Shown: in pieces, positions 25,449 to 33,478 of the stretch
Layout: each line of letters starts with the position of its first letter
Numbering within the stretch: the stretch's first letter is position 1
From: a virus
Lineage: Duplodnaviria > Caudoviricetes
Strand: one strand, 5' to 3'
DNA: 64,000 nucleotides
IMG/VR virus record: IMGVR_UViG_3300044297_000138
Coordinates: 64,001-128,000 of that record
Position numbers and translations under genes: made by a program
Notes under the pieces: generated by a model
What the model saw: only the letters and a program-made list of their open reading frames with translations
Told to the model about the DNA's origin: nothing
The model's database searches: none

Positions 25449-25925
25449 ATGAAAAAATTCAATGTAGAAGAAGTCAAAACATTCCTTGCAACACAAGGAC
25501 CTGATACCCGTGTATACTTGGGTGCCGACTCCGAAAGAATTAGAGTTAACGGCGTATGGTATGCTGACTATGCATTGGCTGTTGTTGTTCATATTGATGG
25601 CCGCCACGGTTGTAAAATTTTCGGTTATGTTGACCGTGAATTGGATTACGACCATAAGAAAAGTAAACCTGCTATGCGTCTGATGACAGAAGTATATAAG
25701 GTTTCAGAATTGTTTCAAGAATTGCAACATTCACTAGAAGATTTCCATGTTGAAGTTCACTTGGACTTAAATAAGGATGAAGAATTCGGTTCTTCTTGTG
25801 TTGTGCAACAAGCGATTGGTTACATCAAAGGTACATGTAACATGACACCTATGGTTAAACCAGACGCACCTGCCGCTTCTTTCTGTGCAGACCGACTGAA
25901 ACGGATTTTAGCGGAACAAGAATGA
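25449..25925 (+). CDS. RNase H-like YkuK (DUF458) family protein
   Basis: VYLGADS, VVVHIDG..GCKIF, RLMTEV, EVHLDLN, AASFCAD. Confidence 0.75.
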   Translation: MKKFNVEEVKTFLATQGPDTRVYLGADSERIRVNGVWYADYALAVVVHIDGRHGCKIFGYVDRELDYDHKKSKPAMRLMTEVYKVSELFQELQHSLEDFHVEVHLDLNKDEEFGSSCVVQQAIGYIKGTCNMTPMVKPDAPAASFCADRLKRILAEQE

Positions 25926-25926
25926 T

Positions 25927-26001
25927 GCAGGAATTAGTTTAGTGGCAAAACCACGGGTTGTGATTCCGTTATCAAGAGTTCGATTCTCTTATTCCTGCCC
26001 A
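25927..26001 (+). tRNA. tRNA-His(GTG)
   Basis: G-1:C73, loop TTGTGAT. Confidence 0.92.
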
Positions 26002-26003
26002 AT

Positions 26004-26079
26004 GCTTCGTTAACTCAGTTGGTAGAGTGCCTCCCTTACAAGGAGGATGTCGGCAGTTCGAACCTGTCACGAAGCACCA
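26004..26079 (+). tRNA. tRNA-Val(TAC)
   Basis: Loop CTTACAA, CCA. Confidence 0.94.
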
Positions 26080-26084
26080 ATATT

Positions 26085-26160
26085 GCAGCTCTAGCTGATG
26101 TGGTCATAGCGGCGGTCTGAAGAACCGTTGAACCAGGTTCGATTCCTGGGGGTTGCACCA
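26085..26160 (+). tRNA. tRNA-Phe(GAA)
   Basis: Loop CTGAAGA, CCA. Confidence 0.9.
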
Positions 26161-26161
26161 A

Positions 26162-26235
26162 GCTCTCATAGTATAATGGTATTACACACCCTTGGTAAGG
26201 GTGAAACACAAGTTCAATTCTTGTTGAGAGCACCA
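26162..26235 (+). tRNA. tRNA-Thr(GGT)
   Basis: Loop TTGGTAA, CCA. Confidence 0.9.
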
Positions 26236-26423
26236 GATTGTTTTAATCTAGTCATTTTCTTTTTAATGTAAGCTGTTCTGGCAACATCATGTTCACATAT
26301 TTCAGCCAACAAAGCAATAATATAACCTAAATCATAGGCTAGTTTTTGTCCAGAAGTTTTGTGCTGGTTGCCAGAATTCTGGAGTTGTTCTATAATATAG
26401 TCTGTAAGTTGTTTTTTATTCAT
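26214..26423 (-). CDS. Hypothetical protein antisense within tRNA array
   Basis: 69-aa ORF fills an AT-rich gap; TAAATA motif immediately upstream on minus strand. Confidence 0.45.
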   Translation of the reverse strand: MNKKQLTDYIIEQLQNSGNQHKTSGQKLAYDLGYIIALLAEICEHDVARTAYIKKKMTRLKQSGALNKN

Positions 26424-26437
26424 AGAAATATTTATTT

Positions 26438-26514
26438 GCCCCGGTGACGGAATTGGTATACGTGTTGGTCTTAGAAGCCAAATTTTGAGAGTTCGAGTCT
26501 CTCCTGGGGCACCA
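26438..26514 (+). tRNA. tRNA-Leu(TAG) with short variable loop
   Basis: Loop CTTAGAA, Leu-type D arm, A73, only 5-nt variable region. Confidence 0.88.
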
Positions 26515-26519
26515 AATTA

Positions 26520-26594
26520 CTGGCCATAGTATAATGGATAATACAGCTGCCTTCTAAGCAGTCAATCGGGGTTCGATTCCCTGTGGCCGGACCA
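26520..26594 (+). tRNA. tRNA-Arg(TCT)
   Basis: Loop CTTCTAA, CCA. Confidence 0.92.
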
Positions 26595-26597
26595 AAT

Positions 26598-26682
26598 GCG
26601 ACTATGGTGAAATAGGTAGACACAGGAGACTTAAAATCTCCCGACTTCGGTCGTGCTGGTTCGATTCCGGCTAGTCGCACCA
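26598..26682 (+). tRNA. tRNA-Leu(TAA)
   Basis: Loop CTTAAAA, variable arm with UUCG loop. Confidence 0.94.
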
Positions 26683-26690
26683 AAAAGTTA

Positions 26691-26719
26691 TTGACATTGA
26701 TAGAAAGATCATATATAAT
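26691..26719 (+). promoter_or_regulatory. Consensus sigma70 promoter
   Basis: TTGACA-N17-TATAAT, exact, before tRNA-Gly(GCC). Confidence 0.85.
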
Positions 26720-26729
26720 ATAAATGTAA

Positions 26730-26804
26730 GCGGGATTGGTGCTAGTGGTAACACGGGACCTTGCCAAGGTTCAGTTGCGAGTTCGATCCTCGCATCCCGC
26801 TCCA
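26730..26804 (+). tRNA. tRNA-Gly(GCC)
   Basis: Loop TTGCCAA, GCG acceptor, U73-CCA. Confidence 0.93.
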
Positions 26805-26809
26805 AATGA

Positions 26810-26884
26810 GCTCCGTTAGTTCTAGTGGTAAAACATCGGTTTTGTAATCCGAGGTCGGGTGTTCGATTCACCCCCGGAGCACCA
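26810..26884 (+). tRNA. tRNA-Thr(TGT)
   Basis: Loop TTTGTAA; mismatches at 7-66 and 31-39. Confidence 0.85.
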
Positions 26885-26892
26885 GATAATGC

Positions 26893-26921
26893 TTGACTCT
26901 ACAATTTTTTTGTGATATAAT
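26893..26921 (+). promoter_or_regulatory. sigma70 promoter
   Basis: TTGACT-N17-TATAAT with TG extension. Confidence 0.8.
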
Positions 26922-26941
26922 TTGTTTTATTAAATATTAAT

Positions 26942-27014
26942 GCGGGTATTCTCCTGGGAGAGAATTTAGCCTTCCAAGCTAACAGAATCGGTTCGAATCC
27001 GGTTACCCGCTCCA
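26942..27014 (+). tRNA. tRNA-Gly(TCC)
   Basis: Loop CTTCCAA, U73-CCA. Confidence 0.9.
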
Positions 27015-27021
27015 GTTTTAT

Positions 27022-27088
27022 GCGGTATGGTATTAACTGTCTGAGGGTCCACCTTAGAAGTGTTGTGAGAATCAATAATACCGCTCCA
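27022..27088 (+). ncRNA. D-armless tRNA-Gly(TCC)-like RNA
   Basis: Acceptor GCGGTAT/ATACCGC-T-CCA, anticodon arm CTGAG-GGTCCAC-CTTAG, T-like arm TGTTG-TGAGAAT-CAATA, no D stem. Confidence 0.65.
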
Positions 27089-27094
27089 TTCAAT

Positions 27095-27169
27095 CGCAGG
27101 GTGGAGAAGTAGTAACTCATCAGGCTCATACCCTGAAGATCGGCGGTGCGAATCCGTCCCCTGCAACCA
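27095..27169 (+). tRNA. Initiator tRNA-fMet(CAT)
   Basis: C1.A72 mismatch, loop CTCATAC; only two G-C pairs at base of anticodon stem. Confidence 0.88.
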
Positions 27170-27182
27170 ATTTGAGGTAATT

Positions 27183-27422
27183 ATGAGACCATTGCATAAT
27201 AAAGTTATTGTTGAAAGAATTCCTGGTGAAACTACCACATCATCAGGAATTGTCTTACAAAGATCCGATGAGGTAGACAAAGCAAAAGTTATTGCGATTG
27301 GTCCAGATGTTGAAGAGGTTTCTGTCGGTGATACTGTCCTATTAGATTGGAACAGAGCAGTCAAGGCAGGAGACAATTTTGTTATTACAGTAGACAATAT
27401 CGTTTTAATTTACGGAGAGTAA
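27183..27422 (+). CDS. groES: Co-chaperonin GroES-like protein
   Basis: MRPLHNKVIVER, TTSSGIVL, AKVIAIGP, VSVGDTVL. Confidence 0.9.
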   Translation: MRPLHNKVIVERIPGETTTSSGIVLQRSDEVDKAKVIAIGPDVEEVSVGDTVLLDWNRAVKAGDNFVITVDNIVLIYGE

Positions 27423-27423
27423 T

Positions 27424-27600
27424 ATGTCTGATGGTGGAAAAGGTTCCAGTCCAAGACCATATAGTGTAGATCAAAAAACATATTCTGATAATTGGGACAG
27501 AATTTTTAAGAAAAAAACTCCACAAGAAATAGACGATGACCGAGCCGAGCAAGAGGCTTTTGAGTTTATAAAAAAATTTAATGAAACATCAAAAAAGTAG
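27424..27600 (+). CDS. Small hypothetical protein MSDGGKGSSPRPYSVDQKTYSDNWDRIF (58 aa)
   Basis: GGAG RBS, open frame filling the gap; below ORF-track cutoff. Confidence 0.7.
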   Translation: MSDGGKGSSPRPYSVDQKTYSDNWDRIFKKKTPQEIDDDRAEQEAFEFIKKFNETSKK

Positions 27601-27633
27601 TTAAAAAAATCTAAAGATTGGATACATATTGCT

Positions 27634-28071
27634 ATGAAGAAACTTGTAAATATCCAATCTTTAGATCATCCACTTGCACAATATTTAAAGGATGATCCGG
27701 TTCGTCCTGACATTCCACATGATGTGAGAGTGGGGTCTAATTCAACCGTGTTTGCGTTACAAGATGATGATAAATTATCCGCAATGGTATGTGTAAAATA
27801 CCAAGATAATGTTCCATCAAATATAAGTGAATTGATGGATGAACCTAAAAGTCCAAAAGTGGCAGTATTTTATACCATTTGGAGTTATATGGCTGGCGCA
27901 GGCCGTGATATGATTATGGAAACAAGAAAATGGATTGAGGGCAACAATCCTGAAATAGAAGAATTTGTTACCTATAGTCCAAAAACGGAAATGGCCAAGA
28001 GGTTTCACCTGAAAAACGGTGCATCAGTTTACCGTGAAAATGAAGATTCGGTAAACTACAAGTATGATTAA
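27634..28071 (+). CDS. Hypothetical protein, GNAT-like features
   Basis: DDPVRP, FYTIWSY..GAGR, TYSPKTEMAKRFHLKNGA. Confidence 0.55.
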   Translation: MKKLVNIQSLDHPLAQYLKDDPVRPDIPHDVRVGSNSTVFALQDDDKLSAMVCVKYQDNVPSNISELMDEPKSPKVAVFYTIWSYMAGAGRDMIMETRKWIEGNNPEIEEFVTYSPKTEMAKRFHLKNGASVYRENEDSVNYKYD

Positions 28072-28550
28072 TGTTTGGTCAGCATATACATGCTTATGCC
28101 ATAAACAAAAGACATAAAAACGCAGAATACAATAAACACCAAAGCTTTGTCCAAAATTGCAACGTGACCTTGCGCTTTTGCTCTTTTTAGTGCTGCTTCT
28201 CTTTCTGTTCTTTCTTTAATCATTCTAATACGTTCACGTTGCATTTCATCCCAAACATCTTTATTACCACTCCAAATAAGCATATCTCTTAGTTCTTTTT
28301 CAGCCTCTCTCAAAGCTTTGCTTTGTAAGGCTATTTGTAGACTCAAGGATCTTATTTGTCCGTCTGTAAGTTCTGATATTCCGGCTTTAATTTTATTGTG
28401 TGCGATATGCACTTTATCGCCGTGTTCAAAAAAGTTCGCAAATTGGCCGTAAAGATTTTTAACATCTTTACCTAATGCAACTGCTTGTTTTATACCACTT
28501 ACAGCCTGTTGAGCAGCTGTAAACGCCAAACCAATTGTAATTGGATCCAT
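28068..28550 (-). CDS. Hypothetical coiled-coil protein with C-terminal TM helix
   Basis: MDPITIG start; hydrophobic C-terminus. Confidence 0.7.
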   Translation of the reverse strand: MDPITIGLAFTAAQQAVSGIKQAVALGKDVKNLYGQFANFFEHGDKVHIAHNKIKAGISELTDGQIRSLSLQIALQSKALREAEKELRDMLIWSGNKDVWDEMQRERIRMIKERTEREAALKRAKAQGHVAILDKALVFIVFCVFMSFVYGISMYMLTKH

Positions 28551-28552
28551 TT

Positions 28553-28735
28553 TTAAGTTCCAGATTTACAAATGTACGGGTATAATCTATTTGAACAATC
28601 TTTAATTTTCCATTCCAGGCAAGTAACCTTTCTATTGTAAACATCACCCGACCAGACCCATCGGACACACTCAAGTATAACTGGTTCCTTTGGGTCTTGT
28701 GCGGTTAATATTGTGAACAATAGAATGTCCAACAT
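28553..28735 (-). CDS. Small secreted Cys-containing protein
   Basis: Hydrophobic N-terminus, 4 Cys, coupled to neighbours. Confidence 0.6.
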   Translation of the reverse strand: MLDILLFTILTAQDPKEPVILECVRWVWSGDVYNRKVTCLEWKIKDCSNRLYPYICKSGT

Positions 28736-29298
28736 TATTTTGCCAGAGGGTTGTCAATTGCCTTTTGAATTTTATTGTCAACATCACGATTCATTTTTTC
28801 TAGTTTAGATTCATTATCACGTTTCATCTTGTCCATTTCATCACGAATTTTATCCAATCTTTCAACTACATCCTTACGGATAGATTTCATATCTTGGTCT
28901 GTTTCACGATTGGCTTGCTTAACATAACGTTCAACACTTTCAGTTACACCCTCGTTTCTACGAATATCATTCTTTAGGTCTGTTTTGATATCACGGGTGT
29001 AATCTGCTGTCTTGGCACTATTCTGTTCAATAACAGCCAATCTCTTGTCAAACTCAGATAAATCCGGTGCAACATATTCGGCAATCTTTTTCTTCATGCC
29101 TTGATAGTCTTTGTAAACTTCAAATGCACCGTATAAACCGCCTAGTGTTGATGAGATAAGTGTAAATGCAACCATCAATTTGGCTGGTGTGAATTCATAA
29201 CCACCGATACTGATGACAGTATCTTTAGAAGCATACTTTTTAACAGCAGCTTCTGCTTCATCAATTTTTTTGTTTACGTCTTTAATTTCTTCTGACAT
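28735..29298 (-). CDS. Membrane-anchored coiled-coil protein
   Basis: Single TM segment then heptad-rich region ending DNPLAK. Confidence 0.7.
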   Translation of the reverse strand: MSEEIKDVNKKIDEAEAAVKKYASKDTVISIGGYEFTPAKLMVAFTLISSTLGGLYGAFEVYKDYQGMKKKIAEYVAPDLSEFDKRLAVIEQNSAKTADYTRDIKTDLKNDIRRNEGVTESVERYVKQANRETDQDMKSIRKDVVERLDKIRDEMDKMKRDNESKLEKMNRDVDNKIQKAIDNPLAK

Positions 29299-29299
29299 T

Positions 29300-31273
29300 T
29301 TAGTTTCCTATTTTGTATTGTGAATTTACCATATCTTGCCATTTTGTTTCATTCGCACCACTCAATCGGCGTTGAATTCTTTGATTGTCAACGACTGGTT
29401 TTTCATACTGTTTGGCCATAAGTATAGCATTGATATCAGGTACTATTGCATTTCTATATGCATCAAAACCTGGTACATAATTCATTGCGCCAACAACTAA
29501 ACCTTGTGTAGCAACTTGCGATTCAATTGTTTTGGCTCCTTGTGATTCTTTTGCAATTTCTTTTTGAACCTTTGCAACAGCGGCCTTCATATCAGATTTA
29601 CTACCACCTGATCCACCACCAGAACGACCACCTGATGGTTCCATTTTCTTTTCAACAGTATCAGCAACTTTTTGTTCAGTCTTAGTTTGTTCTTGTTTTT
29701 GTTCTTGTTGTGCAGCAACCTGCGTAGGAGGTGGTGCAGATTGGTTTGTTGCTTGTTGTGTAACAGTTTGTGTTGCCGCAGGTTGTGTATTAACAACAGA
29801 AACCGGAGAAGCAGGAGAAACAGATGTTGCGGATGTGGCTGAAGTTGTTGCTGGCGGAGTTATTGCGTTGTTTACGTTTGTATCTGCCACAAGCTGAACT
29901 GTTCCAGTGGAAGTAGTTGTCGGTGTGTTAGATGTTGTGGTTGAAGTTGTTGTAGTGTTTGTTGTTGATGATGGTGATGTTACCACACTTTGTTGTTGTA
30001 ATACTTGTTGTGTTGCATAAGCTGTAGAATAGTTTGGACATTGACGGTCATACAAACCACTTATTGAACATTGTTGATTAAAGTAAGCTTGTGCATAACC
30101 TGGACAACCTCTATCGTATAATGGATTTGCTGTGCATTGTTGATTATAATATGCCTGAGCATAACCAGGACAACCACTATCATACAAAGCATTTATACTA
30201 CATTGTTGATTGAAATAAGCTTGTGTATATCCCGTACATCCTCTATCATATAAAGGATTAATACTACATTGTTGGTCATAATATGCCTGAGCATAACCAG
30301 GACAATCTCTATTGTATAGTGGATTTATGGAACATTGTTGGTCAAAATATGCTTGAACGTATCCTACACAATCACTTGCATATAAAGGATTAACAGAACA
30401 TTGTTGGTCGTGATATGCTACTGCGTAACCAGGACAATCTGGTGCATATAAAGGATTAGCAGAACATTGTTGGTCGTGATAGGCCTGAGCATAACCAGGA
30501 CATGATGGTGAAGAAAGTGGATTTGATAAACACAAATCATATCCACCGGTTGTTCCCCAAGAAACTGGATTAGTTGTTGGAATATTAAATCCTTGTCCAT
30601 GATAATATTGGAAGTATTCACCATTGGCCAAATTGCCTGTCATACCAGCAGTAACTGTATGTCCTGCACTAACAAAAGCAGAACCATAACGAACATTCAT
30701 TCCACCATTAGAATTGATATTCACTTCAAAACTATTTGAATTATTTGTTCCATATTCTTTGGTACCATACCAACCATATGTTGCTGAGTTTGAATTTTTT
30801 AGAACCCAAGTTGATTGACCGGTAGTATCAATCAAATCCGTCCATAATGGTGCAATCATGTAATTATATCTAGTATCTCTTAGAGTTGACAGGTTCTGTC
30901 CACCACAACATCCTGCACCAGGAATGTTACCTGAAGTAAAACTTACGATACCATTAGAATACATCCAAGAATTGCTGAATGTTTGTCCCCAAAATGGAAA
31001 ATTAAATTCCAATGGAACGTTCGCTGAACTATCATCACCTAGATATAAGTGTTGAGCGCCAGTTGTGTTAGCAATATTTTGTAATGGTAACGCTGCTGAT
31101 CCTGTGGCCACATTAACAGTTAAACCAGTTTGTCCAATAGGAATAGCAACAATTCCTCCAGTTCCATTATTAACTGAAGTATATTGATAATTATTATTAA
31201 AGGTTACTTGTGCTTCAGAACTGGTTATACCAAAAGCCAGTATTGCTGACAGCAACACCGAAATAAGTTTCAT
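29300..31273 (-). CDS. Secreted protein: nidogen(NIDO)-like domain + 8 Cys-rich repeats + Thr/Ser/Gln linker
   Basis: Signal peptide; DDSSANVPLEFNFPFWG..SNGIVSF..IAPLWTDL. Confidence 0.7.
   Translation of the reverse strand: MKLISVLLSAILAFGITSSEAQVTFNNNYQYTSVNNGTGGIVAIPIGQTGLTVNVATGSAALPLQNIANTTGAQHLYLGDDSSANVPLEFNFPFWGQTFSNSWMYSNGIVSFTSGNIPGAGCCGGQNLSTLRDTRYNYMIAPLWTDLIDTTGQSTWVLKNSNSATYGWYGTKEYGTNNSNSFEVNINSNGGMNVRYGSAFVSAGHTVTAGMTGNLANGEYFQYYHGQGFNIPTTNPVSWGTTGGYDLCLSNPLSSPSCPGYAQAYHDQQCSANPLYAPDCPGYAVAYHDQQCSVNPLYASDCVGYVQAYFDQQCSINPLYNRDCPGYAQAYYDQQCSINPLYDRGCTGYTQAYFNQQCSINALYDSGCPGYAQAYYNQQCTANPLYDRGCPGYAQAYFNQQCSISGLYDRQCPNYSTAYATQQVLQQQSVVTSPSSTTNTTTTSTTTSNTPTTTSTGTVQLVADTNVNNAITPPATTSATSATSVSPASPVSVVNTQPAATQTVTQQATNQSAPPPTQVAAQQEQKQEQTKTEQKVADTVEKKMEPSGGRSGGGSGGSKSDMKAAVAKVQKEIAKESQGAKTIESQVATQGLVVGAMNYVPGFDAYRNAIVPDINAILMAKQYEKPVVDNQRIQRRLSGANETKWQDMVNSQYKIGN
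30005..30532 (-). repeat. 8 x 66-bp coding tandem repeat (CSxNPLYxxxCPGYAQAYxxQQ)
   Basis: Visible in translation; 2 Cys per 22-aa unit. Confidence 0.92.
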
Positions 31274-31749
31274 TTAGAATCTTCTTTAACTTTTGTTGGA
31301 ATTTTATCTGGGTTTTCTTCCCAATATGCCTTGGCATCTACACCAATTTTACCATCAACTGGACATGGTGTTCCTGCACTCATCATGGCATCAAACACTC
31401 TACGATCTTGGCATAATGTGGCCACAGCGGCAACTTTCATTCCCATATCGTATAGGTTTTTGGCAAGTTTAATACGTTCACAATTCATGTCTCTTGCGGT
31501 GGTACCGAAAGACATACCAAAAATTTGTGTTTGGACTGCACCAGACGCACCAACAACGCACAAATCGTTATTGATGGATGTAATTGCGGGTGCGATAGCA
31601 GAAGGTGGAGGAGTGTGTACGGTTGTTTCGGATTTTGTGTAACTGGTGCTATTACTGTTACTATTTGAAGTCGAATCAGTTACAATGGTCTGTGCCATTG
31701 ATGATGTAGCCATGACAAAAAGCACCATTCCGGTGATCTTTTTGAACAT
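31270..31749 (-). CDS. Secreted hypothetical protein
   Basis: Signal peptide, PPPSAIAP, 4 Cys. Confidence 0.7.
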   Translation of the reverse strand: MFKKITGMVLFVMATSSMAQTIVTDSTSNSNSNSTSYTKSETTVHTPPPSAIAPAITSINNDLCVVGASGAVQTQIFGMSFGTTARDMNCERIKLAKNLYDMGMKVAAVATLCQDRRVFDAMMSAGTPCPVDGKIGVDAKAYWEENPDKIPTKVKEDSK

Positions 31750-31767
31750 ATTTTTCCCTTTTAGGTA

Positions 31768-31796
31768 TTGACAAAGATTATCATTTACTGTATAAT
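31768..31796 (+). promoter_or_regulatory. Consensus sigma70 promoter for polymerase operon
   Basis: TTGACA-N17-TATAAT, exact. Confidence 0.85.
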
Positions 31797-31806
31797 GTGA
31801 TATAAG

Positions 31807-31814
31807 TATTTATA
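31807..31814 (-). promoter_or_regulatory. T4-type late promoter driving the minus-strand operon
   Basis: TATTTATA = TATAAATA on minus strand, about 60 nt before ATG at 31749. Confidence 0.7.
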
Positions 31815-31839
31815 CCTTGTAAAAAAGAAAGAGGATATT

Positions 31840-32148
31840 ATGGATGTAAAAATATTTAAACTGGTAACCGGTGAAGAAATCATGGGTGAGGTCATCGGTG
31901 ATGGTGGAAAATTTACCGTTAAAAACCCAGTTTTGGTTGCTGTAATGCGTGGAAAAGATGGAGTACCTAATGTGGGATTCGCACCTTTCCCAACATATTC
32001 GGAAGAAGTTAAGAATAAAACAATTGACTTTAGATTAGAACATGTAGTATACTCCTATACTCCAGCTGAAGATTTCAAACAGAATTATGATTCTATTTTT
32101 GGTCTTGGCCTAGTTCTCCCTGGCCAAAAGAAGATTATTACAGGATAA
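31840..32148 (+). CDS. Conserved hypothetical (Sm-like) protein preceding gp43
   Basis: KIFKLVTGEEIMGE, VKNP, YDSIFGLGLVLP. Confidence 0.7.
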   Translation: MDVKIFKLVTGEEIMGEVIGDGGKFTVKNPVLVAVMRGKDGVPNVGFAPFPTYSEEVKNKTIDFRLEHVVYSYTPAEDFKQNYDSIFGLGLVLPGQKKIITG

Positions 32149-33449
32149 TGACAAAAAACTTTTATACAAATGTCCAATCTGTCGGCGGTAAAATTCTATA
32201 CCGTGGTGTACGTGGCGGTAAAAAAGTCAAAATAAAAATTGACTATGAACCGAAGTTGTACTTGCCGGCCACAAAAGTTGCGACACACAAATCACTTGAA
32301 GGCAAACCTTTAGTTGAAAAGAAGTTTGATTCTATTTTTGAAGCAAGAGATTACATCAAAAAATTTCAAGATGTTTCTGGTGCACCAAAAATCTATGGTC
32401 AAACTAGATACGAGTATGCATTTATTGCCGAACAACATACAGATATGGTTGAGTGGGACCAAGATAAGATTGATGTTGGCATCATTGATATTGAGGTTGG
32501 ATCAGAAAATGGATTCCCTGATCCATATCTAGCCAATGAACCAATCACAGCTATCGCCTGGAAAACACTTGGTGGTCACATGCATGTTTGGGGTTGTGGT
32601 GAATTTAATAATGAAACTCCTGATGCAGTTACCTATCACAAATGTAGAGATGAATGGTCTCTTTGTAAATCATTTATCACCGCATGGTCAACCAGAACAC
32701 CAGATGTATTGACCGGTTGGAACACCAAGTTCTTTGATGTGCCTTATCTTGTCAATCGTTTTCGCAAAATCCTTGGTGAAGATGAAGCCAAGAAAATGTC
32801 GCCTTGGAACTTTATCTCTGAACGCAAGACTGTTATTAATGGTCGTGCAATGACAGCATATGGTTTCCTTGGTGTTGAACAACTTGATTATATTGAACTA
32901 TACAAATGGTATGCACCGGGTGGTAAGTCACAAGAATCATATCGTTTGGATAATATTGCAAACGTAGAAATCGGTGAAAGTAAAATCTCATACGATGAAT
33001 ATGATAACCTGCATCAACTCTACCGATTAAACTTTCAAAAATTCATTGAGTATAACATCAAAGACGTTTTGCTGATTGAAAAGATGGAAGATAAACTAAA
33101 GTTGATTGAACTTGGCCTAACTCTGGCCTATGATACGAAATGCAACTATGAAGATATCTTTGCACAGACTCGTATGTGGGATTCAATGACATATTCCTAC
33201 CTGTACAATCAAGGCATCATTGTTCCACCAAGAGAAGTGCAAGACAAAGATTCTGCATTTGAAGGTGCTTATGTTAAAGAAGTTCAGGTTGGTAAACACG
33301 ATTGGGTTGCCTCGTTTGACTTGAATAGTCTCTACCCACATTTGATGATGCAATATTCCATTTCGCCTGAAAATCTGGTGGAAAGAAGTTATATTGATGA
33401 AAGAAAACGCAAAGTATTAGAGGAATTGAAGCTTAGAAATACTAAATAA
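32148..33449 (+). CDS. gp43: DNA polymerase family B, N-terminal half (exonuclease + motif A)
   Basis: DIEV, TGWNTKFFDVPYL, YNIKDV, SFDLNSLYP; stops shortly after motif A. Confidence 0.95.
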   Translation: MTKNFYTNVQSVGGKILYRGVRGGKKVKIKIDYEPKLYLPATKVATHKSLEGKPLVEKKFDSIFEARDYIKKFQDVSGAPKIYGQTRYEYAFIAEQHTDMVEWDQDKIDVGIIDIEVGSENGFPDPYLANEPITAIAWKTLGGHMHVWGCGEFNNETPDAVTYHKCRDEWSLCKSFITAWSTRTPDVLTGWNTKFFDVPYLVNRFRKILGEDEAKKMSPWNFISERKTVINGRAMTAYGFLGVEQLDYIELYKWYAPGGKSQESYRLDNIANVEIGESKISYDEYDNLHQLYRLNFQKFIEYNIKDVLLIEKMEDKLKLIELGLTLAYDTKCNYEDIFAQTRMWDSMTYSYLYNQGIIVPPREVQDKDSAFEGAYVKEVQVGKHDWVASFDLNSLYPHLMMQYSISPENLVERSYIDERKRKVLEELKLRNTK

Positions 33450-33478
33450 GTAGATGAGGTTACTTATTTGGAGAATCT

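Noticed and set aside
22792-27397. Many ORF-track ORFs across the tRNA array (e.g. 22838-23194, 24284-24544, 26471-26767, 26966-27397)
   Set aside because: They are translations of tRNA/ncRNA sequence with no RBS
30005-30532. 66-bp repeats as a CRISPR array
   Set aside because: Degenerate in-frame coding repeats without unique spacers; no cas genes
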